Below are positions 20,134 through 27,478 of a stretch of 64,000 nucleotides of DNA, in pieces. The position numbers were made by a program, and so were the translations under genes. The notes beneath the pieces were generated by a model. That model saw nothing but the letters and a program-made list of their open reading frames with translations. It did no database searches and was not told where the DNA came from. This stretch comes from Synergistaceae bacterium UBA6083 (GTDB taxonomy: Bacteria > Synergistota > Synergistia > Synergistales > 79-D21), in the NCBI GenBank assembly GCA_002436015.1, contig DIXJ01000010.1, positions 45,860-109,859 on the forward strand. Reading direction: 5' to 3'. Each line of letters starts with the position of its first letter. Positions within the stretch are counted from its first letter, which is position 1.

Positions 20134-21015
20134 CTAGCACTCAAGTTCGATACCCCATGGTGGTACGATGTCGGGATGAGAGAGTACCTTTGCCTTCCAG
20201 CCGTACCAATATTTGGGAAAAATAACCTTTATACGTTTCTTCATCAGCCGTGCCCCCCACCAGGAGAAACTGCTATTCGAGGCGACTCCGTATTCGCAGA
20301 GCGTCATCAGGGCTAAGTCCACTTGCATGTTTTCTTTTGAAATGAGCTTATTTTCTACCTCTAAAAAACAGTCTCGCGTGTAGGAGGGATCGTCCGACAG
20401 AAAAATGAAGAACGGCCTTTTCAGATCTTTCGAAATCATCTCGATTGCTTTTGAGAAATAGACCTTGGGAAGATCGATGCCCTGTTCGCCTAAGAAGGAT
20501 TCGTGTAAATAGTCTCCCCTTCTGATATGCACAAACACTTTAGTGTATCCTTGAGGTATTTGAGATGCTATCTGCAGGGCTTTCTGTTCATACCGCTTCT
20601 TAATCCGAAAATCCAGCGCTTCTTTCGAAAAAAATCGTTCCGCCTGAAAGTAGCCCTGGTCGACAAAGCGGAACGGAAGTAATCCGTTGTGCTCCACAAA
20701 ACTTGGTACGTACCAGCCTTGTTCGTTTTTTTTCTGGCAGGCGTAGCCAAATATGCGAGTTCTTGCAAGAGTTCTCATGGAAAAGAGTGTAAGCGGCTTC
20801 AAGATTTTATTGAAAACCAGACGGCCTATCCGTGATTTGAGCAGGTCTTTACATAAAACAATGAGACGCCCGTTGGTGCCTTCAACGTCGAACGTGGATG
20901 CGAATTCGGCCATGTTAAGGCACAGCATTCTCTCGCCCTTTCGAGCGATCGTGTTCAAAAAAGCGTACTGGAAAATTTGATTGCCAAGACCACCGTCAGA
21001 AACAAAAAAAATCAT
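20134..21015 (-). CDS. Alpha-1,2-fucosyltransferase (GT11)
   Basis: GGLGNQIFQYA, GYFQ, VHIRRGDY, FLSDD, SNSSFSWWGA. Confidence 0.9.
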   Translation of the reverse strand: MIFFVSDGGLGNQIFQYAFLNTIARKGERMLCLNMAEFASTFDVEGTNGRLIVLCKDLLKSRIGRLVFNKILKPLTLFSMRTLARTRIFGYACQKKNEQGWYVPSFVEHNGLLPFRFVDQGYFQAERFFSKEALDFRIKKRYEQKALQIASQIPQGYTKVFVHIRRGDYLHESFLGEQGIDLPKVYFSKAIEMISKDLKRPFFIFLSDDPSYTRDCFLEVENKLISKENMQVDLALMTLCEYGVASNSSFSWWGARLMKKRIKVIFPKYWYGWKAKVLSHPDIVPPWGIELEC

Positions 21016-21286
21016 GTATTCAACACCCTTTTTGATATGGCGACATAGTTAGAGTACATGAAGGTCTCAATATACGCTTGGTAGGTTCTGATTCACATGT
21101 TGACCCCGGCATAGAAGACGCTTGCCGAATTCTGCGAGCCAATATGAGGCAAAAAAGATTTTTTTAAAAAATATATCTCGCCGTTTGTGCGCATGTTGCA
21201 GTTTCCGTTGTTCTCTAAAAAATTAAATAAAAATTAAGCAGCTTCCCCAAGTTTTTTTCGAAAAAAGTTTTTTTGATGAGCATTTA

Positions 21287-22072
21287 TTATCGCGCCTTTC
21301 GTAGCATATATAAGCCAGTTCCGAAGCCTCTTTCCGGTGTGTAATCATGAAAAAGCTCCGTACCGTAGATGTAGCGTTCCTCCATGAGCTCTAAATCGTC
21401 AGCAAACAGAGAGAGAAGATAGTCTCGCGTAAAAGCCCGGTGGGCGTTGAAGTAGATGATGTTATCCTGGTCTATTGGCACGCTCAGAAGACAGATGCCT
21501 CCCGGTTTTAAAACTCTTTTGATTTCCGCAATGGCTTTTTCGCTCCCCCAAAAGTCCAAGGGATCTCCGTATCTACCTAGTCCAATATGTTCTACGACAC
21601 ACAGCGATGACAACGATTCTATGGATTTGTCGGGAAACGGCAGTTTTAAAATAGAACCTTTTTGAAATGATAGATTCTCCAAATCCAAGTTGATCGGGCG
21701 AATGTCGATCATAGTCGTCGGTACGAACTGAGATATTATGCCAACCGTTTTTACGGAGCTTCCAATGTCAAAATGATGCTGCGGTTTGTTCTCGAATATC
21801 TTTTTCGCCGCCCAGGCATCTTGATAGAAATAAGTTGCATCTACCGGGGTCTGCAAGGTGTTATCGAATAAACAGGGGTAAAAAAGCAAAGAGTAAATCC
21901 CCTGATCTGACCTGATCATCTTCTTGAACTGCTTATATTCTTTGAAAAACAATAGGTAGCTTTTTAAGAGGCGTATCGGTCGGAAAGCAAAAAAATCGCC
22001 TAAGGGCACGACGAGTTGACGAACTATGCGTATGGACTTGAAGTGTCGTAGACATTTTTTCAACTTATTCAA
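21287..22072 (-). CDS. SAM-dependent methyltransferase-like protein (DUF268-like)
   Basis: HFDIGS, DIRP, LPFPD, SLCVVEHIGLGRYGDPLD, RVLKPGG; GAGG RBS before TTG. Confidence 0.8.
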   Translation of the reverse strand: MNKLKKCLRHFKSIRIVRQLVVPLGDFFAFRPIRLLKSYLLFFKEYKQFKKMIRSDQGIYSLLFYPCLFDNTLQTPVDATYFYQDAWAAKKIFENKPQHHFDIGSSVKTVGIISQFVPTTMIDIRPINLDLENLSFQKGSILKLPFPDKSIESLSSLCVVEHIGLGRYGDPLDFWGSEKAIAEIKRVLKPGGICLLSVPIDQDNIIYFNAHRAFTRDYLLSLFADDLELMEERYIYGTELFHDYTPERGFGTGLYMLRKAR

Positions 22073-23393
22073 TGTATGTACCTCTTTGGAAAATTTTATA
22101 AAACGAGGCAATGGCTAGAAGTTGGAGTTTGACGTTGTTGCGTGTTTTTCGATAGAAAGCGTCCAGAAAGAATATTGTTGTGGAAAAGGAAAGAATCGTC
22201 GCTACAACGGCACCTACGCTTCCGTAGGTTGGTATCAGTATGAAATTGCATAAGACATTGACGACTGTGCCCGTAATCATACTGCATAACGAGTATTTGA
22301 AAAGGCTTTCGATATTGATGAATGCACTGCGAGCCGTGCCGATATTTGTGAATAAAAGCCTTGTTGCCATGAAACAGAGCAACACTCCCGCCGGCTGATA
22401 GGCCTCGCCGTACAAGATCACGATTATTTTTTCAGAAAAAAGATATATTGGAGTGGCCGTCAATAAAAAAAAGAAAAAACTGAGTCTATAGTAGTTCAAA
22501 TACCGGTTCTGATAGAGGTATTCGGAGACGTACTTTGCTTTTGCCAATGCCGGGAAGAAAGATGAGTGCAGAACCACGGGAATGAAACCAAGGGCCTCGA
22601 TCAGCCTCAAGGCGACGCTGTAATACGCGGTCTCAGTGTTCCCAAGCATCTCGCGTATCATTACTTGGTCTATTCTCGCCTGAATCATCAGGGCCCCACC
22701 GCTCAATATCAATGGCCAACTCTCTTTAAGCAGAATCTTTGCAGTCGCCGTTTCGAATCTCCAGGCACGCAGCGAGAGCTTCTTTCGTCTGTAGAAAAAG
22801 ACGAAGCCAGCGGCCAGTACGATGCCGTCGACAAGGACGAGGAAAGCGAAGGCGGCCAGCGGTGCCTCTAGGAGGATGCAGGCGATTTTGAGCAGGCTGA
22901 GTAGAGCCAGGCTGATGGCGTTGGCTAAGGCGACGTACTTGCTGAGCACTTTGCTCTGGAAGTAGAGGTCGATGACGTTAAAGCTCTGGAAGACTGTCGC
23001 GGAGGCAACGATGAAGACGAGCGCGTTGGTGTAGCCGTCGTTGGACGTGAACTGGACAGCAGCTGCCAACAGCATCATAACGGCCGCAGCGCCGAGGAGC
23101 TTCAGGCGGAACGCTGTGCCCAAGAGGATATTGCGCTTGCTCTCGTCCTTTACGAGTTCGCGCACCAGTATGTTGTCGAGTCCCAGCGTGGCGACAACGG
23201 AAAAAAGGCCGACGAAGCTTTGCGCGTAGCTGAGGAGGCCGTAACGCTCCGGCCCGAGGTAGCGCGCCACCCAGACGCCGACAACCAGGCCGACGACCAT
23301 TCGCAGGGTCTTCTCGGCGAAGAGCCACGAGGTGTTGGCGAAGTACCGGCGAAAGCCTTGGTGCTGTGCAAGAATCAAGAGTCTTGCGATCAT
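22065..23393 (-). CDS. wzx: Wzx-type polysaccharide flippase
   Basis: NTSWLFAEK, VARYLGPERYG, RIDQVMI, many TM helices; start 23393 or 23420. Confidence 0.88.
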   Translation of the reverse strand: MIARLLILAQHQGFRRYFANTSWLFAEKTLRMVVGLVVGVWVARYLGPERYGLLSYAQSFVGLFSVVATLGLDNILVRELVKDESKRNILLGTAFRLKLLGAAAVMMLLAAAVQFTSNDGYTNALVFIVASATVFQSFNVIDLYFQSKVLSKYVALANAISLALLSLLKIACILLEAPLAAFAFLVLVDGIVLAAGFVFFYRRKKLSLRAWRFETATAKILLKESWPLILSGGALMIQARIDQVMIREMLGNTETAYYSVALRLIEALGFIPVVLHSSFFPALAKAKYVSEYLYQNRYLNYYRLSFFFFLLTATPIYLFSEKIIVILYGEAYQPAGVLLCFMATRLLFTNIGTARSAFINIESLFKYSLCSMITGTVVNVLCNFILIPTYGSVGAVVATILSFSTTIFFLDAFYRKTRNNVKLQLLAIASFYKIFQRGTYIE

Positions 23394-23445
23394 TGAGAGT
23401 CTGTTCGTCCTTTCGAGCATCTGTTAAGAGTATTTTTATTACTTC

Positions 23446-23720
23446 CTTGAATTGTCAACTCAAGCATAACAAGGTAGTGCCAGCTCAGGACAGATCTCCG
23501 CCGGAGAGCGCCAGCCGAGACGCATTCTCGGTCTATTGTTGAGAAGGGATACGAGGTACCCATCCGGCTCCTCTCTGGCGCAGGTCATCTGTGTTCTCGC
23601 TCGTTCGCCGCCCCTAGGGGCTGTGGGGATAGGAAAAGTCCACCGGTACCCACACCATGTCCCGCGCTACTCCGCTTGTGCGGGGGGAAACTTCATGCCC
23701 TGGTCCACACGGTCATGCTA
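23446..23720 (-). pseudogene. Decayed IS30-family transposase 3' end with right terminal inverted repeat
   Basis: Minus-strand fragments DQGMKF, VDFSYPHSP*GRRTSENTDDL, LLNNRPRMRLGWRSPAE resemble IS30 WDQGxE, FCDPHSPWQRGTNENTNGL, LNNRPRKxLGWxTP; followed by TGTTATGCTTGAGTTGACAATTCAAG. Confidence 0.8.
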
Positions 23721-23992
23721 AGGCTCAAGATCCCTTCCATGGCAAGAAGCTGATCCTTTGCCAAGGGGGCAATCTTTCGTAAATAGGGCCGGGTATCCAA
23801 ATTCTTCTTGAGTTCTCCAAGTATCGTTCCTAGTCTACTATTGGGCATAAGGGCAATCTTTCACTTCGCATTTCATAAATTCAGTATTCCTCTTGAATTG
23901 TACAGCAGGGAAGATTCGGAATTAGCCCAAATTCTCATGCTAGAATATACACATCTATTCACCGCACAAAAGCGAAAGGAGGAATTCCACCC

Positions 23993-24436
23993 ATGTTCAA
24001 GGACTTCAAGACCTTCATCATGCGGGGAAACATGATGGACCTGGCCATCGGCATTATCCTGGGGGCGTCCTTCGGGGGCATCATCAAGTCCCTGGTGGAG
24101 GACATCCTCATGCCGCCCATCGGCCTGGCCATGGGAAACAGGGATTTTTCCGGTCTCTTCACGATACTGAAGGAGGGGGCGACGCCCGGTCCCTACGCTT
24201 CGCTGGCCGCGGCGAAGGAGGCCGGGGCGGTCACGCTGAACTATGGCGTGTTCTTCATGGTGATCGTCAATTTCCTGATCGTGGGCTTTTGTGTCTTCCT
24301 TTTGGTCCGCTGGTTGAACCGCTTGTTCCCGAAACCGGAACCGGCCCCTGCACCGGCGGTGAAGGACTGCCCGTTCTGCCTTTCGAGCATTCCTGCCGGA
24401 GCAAAGCGTTGCCCGCACTGCACATCCGAGCTCTAG
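23993..24436 (+). CDS. mscL: Large-conductance mechanosensitive channel with C-terminal Cys4 motif
   Basis: FKTFIMRGNMMDLAIGIILG, NYGVF..IVNFLI; CPFC...CPHC tail. Confidence 0.93.
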   Translation: MFKDFKTFIMRGNMMDLAIGIILGASFGGIIKSLVEDILMPPIGLAMGNRDFSGLFTILKEGATPGPYASLAAAKEAGAVTLNYGVFFMVIVNFLIVGFCVFLLVRWLNRLFPKPEPAPAPAVKDCPFCLSSIPAGAKRCPHCTSEL

Positions 24437-24478
24437 GCCCCTTGTATCCCGCGGGTTGGAAGCGCCGACGATTTTCAC

Positions 24479-24508
24479 GAGGGGGTTCCCGTAACGGGAG
24501 CCCCCTTC
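24479..24508 (+). terminator. Hairpin after mscL
   Basis: GGGGGTTCCCGT-A-ACGGGAGCCCCC stem. Confidence 0.55.
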
Positions 24509-24615
24509 ACAATGTGTACACCGAGCCGCGTTCCCCTGTATAATCCCACCATATTCAGTATGTACGGAGTAAAAGTTAACCTTTCCTAAAACTCTTAAAA
24601 GGAGCGTGCGTCTTC

Positions 24616-25719
24616 ATGTTTACGGATCTCTTGACCGCCCTGGCCGTCGTCATCAACGGCATCCCGCAGGGCATCCTGGCCCTGAGCTTCGGCTTCGCGG
24701 CCTTTCCCACGGCGATCGCCTTCCTGGTGGGCATCGCGGGTTCCCTGGCTTTCAACTCGGTGGCCACCATCAGCTTCCAGGCGGAAACGATCACCCTGGC
24801 GGGCACGATGGGCCGCAACGTCAGGGAGCGCCTGAGCCTGGTCTTCTGGGGCGGCATCTTCCTGCTCATCCCGTCCGTTTTGGGGATGAACGAGGCGATC
24901 GTGGCCTTCATCGGTCCCACCATCGTCACCTCGATGATGGCGGGCGTCGGCATCATGCTGGCGTTCGTGGCGGTGAACCTGTACGCCTCCGAGAAGTTTT
25001 CCGGGGCCATGTCGTTCGTGTCGGCCCTGGTGGTGTGGTTCATCACGAAGGACCTGGCCAAGACGATCATCGTTTCCGTGCTGGCCTCCACGGCGGTCTA
25101 CAACTACCTGCGCTACGTGGCGAAGAAGGAAGTGGACGCGCCTGAGGTCCACCTTGAGAACGAGCGCTTCCACTTCGGGAACATCGAGTGGTGTTTCTGG
25201 CGGAACCGGGCGGTCTTCCTGGGCGCCCTTGGCATCGCCTGCCTCAACATCGGGGCGAATATCTCCTTCGGCAAGATCACGGGCAGCATCGCCAACACGA
25301 GCACGAACATCGACCACCTGGCGATCTACTCGAGCGTTGCGGACATCCTGTCGACTCTCTTCGGCGGCGGCCCGGTCGAGGCCATCATCTCCGGCACGGC
25401 CACGGCCCCGAACCCGCTTCGCAGTTCCGTGATGATGATGGGCATCATGGCGGCGATCCTGCTTTTCAAGCTGCTGCCGGTCATCGGCCGCTACGTGCAC
25501 CGGTCCTCCATCGCGGGATTTTTGTTCATCCTGGGCACCTTCGTCACGTTCTCGACGAACATCCAGGGCGCCATCGCCTCGGCCCCAGCCTTCGCGGGAC
25601 CCTACGGCTTCTCCCCCTGGGGGATGGTCATCGGGGCCACCACGCTCGTTTCGGCGCGTTGGAACCCGTTCTACGGGCTGCTGGCCGGACTGGCGATCAA
25701 GCTGGCCTTCCAGCTGTAG
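24616..25719 (+). CDS. NCS2/xanthine-uracil-like permease
   Basis: Polytopic membrane protein, ISFQAET, FGGGPVEAIISGT; upstream of a phosphoribosyltransferase. Confidence 0.7.
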   Translation: MFTDLLTALAVVINGIPQGILALSFGFAAFPTAIAFLVGIAGSLAFNSVATISFQAETITLAGTMGRNVRERLSLVFWGGIFLLIPSVLGMNEAIVAFIGPTIVTSMMAGVGIMLAFVAVNLYASEKFSGAMSFVSALVVWFITKDLAKTIIVSVLASTAVYNYLRYVAKKEVDAPEVHLENERFHFGNIEWCFWRNRAVFLGALGIACLNIGANISFGKITGSIANTSTNIDHLAIYSSVADILSTLFGGGPVEAIISGTATAPNPLRSSVMMMGIMAAILLFKLLPVIGRYVHRSSIAGFLFILGTFVTFSTNIQGAIASAPAFAGPYGFSPWGMVIGATTLVSARWNPFYGLLAGLAIKLAFQL

Positions 25720-25731
25720 GGGACGCGGGAA

Positions 25732-26289
25732 ATGCCGGAAAGCACGAACGGTTTCTACGAGCTCCGCGTAGCGGGGCTCACCCGCCGCCTGAAAAAGGTC
25801 CGGGTGGCCGACTCCCTTGTGATCGCCTCGTTCGTCATGCTGGGGGACACGAAGCTGATCGAGTCCTGCGCCGACGCCCTGCTGCCGCTCCTGCCCAAGG
25901 AGAAAATCGACATGCTGGTCTGCCTGGAGGCGAAGGGGATCCCCCTGACCCACGCCCTGGCGGTTCGGCTCGGGGTGGATTACATCACGGTGCGCAAGTC
26001 CGTGAAAAGCTACATGGAGAACCCCCTGGTGGTGGAGGTCCAGTCCATCACGACGGCGGGGAGCCAACTCCTCGTCATGGACGGGGTGGACCGGGCCAAG
26101 GTGGAGGGGAAACGCATCTGCGTGGTGGACGACGTGGTTTCCACGGGAGGATCCCTGCGTTCCGTAGAGAAACTGCTGGCCGAGGCCGGGGCCGAGGTGG
26201 TCTCCAAAACCGCGGTGCTGCTCGAAGAGGGCGGCTACGACGGGCAGGACCTGGTCTACCTCGAGAGGCTCCCGGTCTTCCCGGACTGA
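25732..26289 (+). CDS. Purine phosphoribosyltransferase (Apt/Xpt-like)
   Basis: EAKGIP, RKS, VVDDVVSTGGS PRPP motif. Confidence 0.85.
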   Translation: MPESTNGFYELRVAGLTRRLKKVRVADSLVIASFVMLGDTKLIESCADALLPLLPKEKIDMLVCLEAKGIPLTHALAVRLGVDYITVRKSVKSYMENPLVVEVQSITTAGSQLLVMDGVDRAKVEGKRICVVDDVVSTGGSLRSVEKLLAEAGAEVVSKTAVLLEEGGYDGQDLVYLERLPVFPD

Positions 26290-26330
26290 AACTGGACAGG
26301 TACAAATTCGTTGCGTTCACATTCACAAGA
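26288..26330 (+). repeat. 43-bp dispersed repeat, copy 4 (5' end diverged)
   Basis: GAAACTGGACAGGTACAAATTCGTTGCGTTCACATTCACAAGA, between stop codon and terminator. Confidence 0.92.
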
Positions 26331-26334
26331 AATA

Positions 26335-26362
26335 GGGGGGGCAAAAGCCCCCCCGTTTTTTT
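26335..26362 (+). terminator. Intrinsic terminator after the PRTase gene
   Basis: GGGGGGGC-AAAA-GCCCCCCC followed by T7. Confidence 0.8.
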
Positions 26363-26439
26363 CCTCTCTTGCTGTTTGCTGTGGCAGGTCATTGTTTGGT
26401 AAGCTGGCTCAATGTGAACCAGGGTGTCCAGGGGGGAGA

Positions 26440-27477
26440 GTGGTGGGCTTGAGGGGAAGGTTCCCGCGCATAGCGGCGTTCATCATGGAGATCGGGTGCC
26501 TGGCCTTTCTTTTTTGCGGCGCCTTGCCAGTGGAGGCGGCTTCTTCCGCGTTGACCCCCATCCGCGCGGTGGTCCTGCCCTACATTACTTTTGCGCCGTT
26601 CTTCATCGCCAAGGACGAGGGGTATTTCGAAAAAGAAGGATTGGACGTCGAGTTTGTCAGGCTGGTCCAGCCGATGGCGGGAGTGGCTGAGGTGGCTAAA
26701 GGCAGCATCGACATGACCCAGGTCGGGACGCGTGTCGGGATCTTCAACGCCATGAGCCGGGGGGCGAACCTCCGGATCGTGGCCGACAAGGGCGGCTTTG
26801 CGGGGGAGAAGGCGGCATCCAGCGGATTCCTGATCCGGAAGGAATTGCTCGACAGCAAGGGCAAGCCTGACTGGCAGAGGATTAAAGGGCGCAAGGTGTC
26901 CGTGGATCCCACCAGCTTCTGGGGGTTCCTCTTCGAGAAGTACCTGGTTCGAAACGGCCTGAAGATGTCGGACTTCGATGTCGAGGATTTGCCTGTCACG
27001 GTCCTGCCCGGCGCTTTCGACCAAGGGAACGTGGCGATCGCCCACGTCACCGAGCCCTGGGTTACGAAAATCACCCGGGAAGGGAAGGTCGTGCTGCTCG
27101 TGGCAGACGCAACTCTGTCGCCGAAGTCGCATTTCTCGGGAATCTGTTTCGGCCCCTCCCTGCTGGAAGCCAATCCCCAGGCGGGGGAGAGGTTCATGGT
27201 GGGCTACCTCAAAGGGGTCCGCCAGTACAACAAGGGGAAAACAAGCCGGAACATCGATATCATCGCCAAAAACACCGGCCTGGACACAAGTAGTGTCGCC
27301 GATTCTGCCTGGCCGGCAATTCGCAACGACGGCCACATGGATGTCTCCGGCTTCGTCGAGTTCCAGCGCTGGGCAATGAAAAAAGGGTACCTCGATTCTG
27401 TCGTCCCTGCGGAGAAACTTTGGGATCCCCGCTTCGTCGAACAGGCCAACCGCAAGCTAGGCGGCAAGAACCCCTGA
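26440..27477 (+). CDS. ABC transporter substrate-binding protein, SsuA/THI5/NitT family (start uncertain)
   Basis: APFFIAKDEGYFEKEGLDVEF, EPW, signal-like N-terminus; ORF open from 26311. Confidence 0.85.
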   Translation: MVGLRGRFPRIAAFIMEIGCLAFLFCGALPVEAASSALTPIRAVVLPYITFAPFFIAKDEGYFEKEGLDVEFVRLVQPMAGVAEVAKGSIDMTQVGTRVGIFNAMSRGANLRIVADKGGFAGEKAASSGFLIRKELLDSKGKPDWQRIKGRKVSVDPTSFWGFLFEKYLVRNGLKMSDFDVEDLPVTVLPGAFDQGNVAIAHVTEPWVTKITREGKVVLLVADATLSPKSHFSGICFGPSLLEANPQAGERFMVGYLKGVRQYNKGKTSRNIDIIAKNTGLDTSSVADSAWPAIRNDGHMDVSGFVEFQRWAMKKGYLDSVVPAEKLWDPRFVEQANRKLGGKNP

Positions 27478-27478
27478 G

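Noticed and set aside
21004..21011. Phase-variable T8 tract just after the GT11 start codon
   Set aside because: A/T runs of 7-8 are common across this AT-rich island and the frame is intact; no evidence of slippage.
23892..23902. CTTGAATTGT as the left IS30 inverted repeat
   Set aside because: Same orientation as the end at 23446 and only a 10-bp match; no complete element can be defined.
24530..24615. Purine riboswitch upstream of the permease/PRTase pair
   Set aside because: TATAAT is present but the ATATGG, TTTCTACC and CCGTAAA elements are not; more likely a -10 box.
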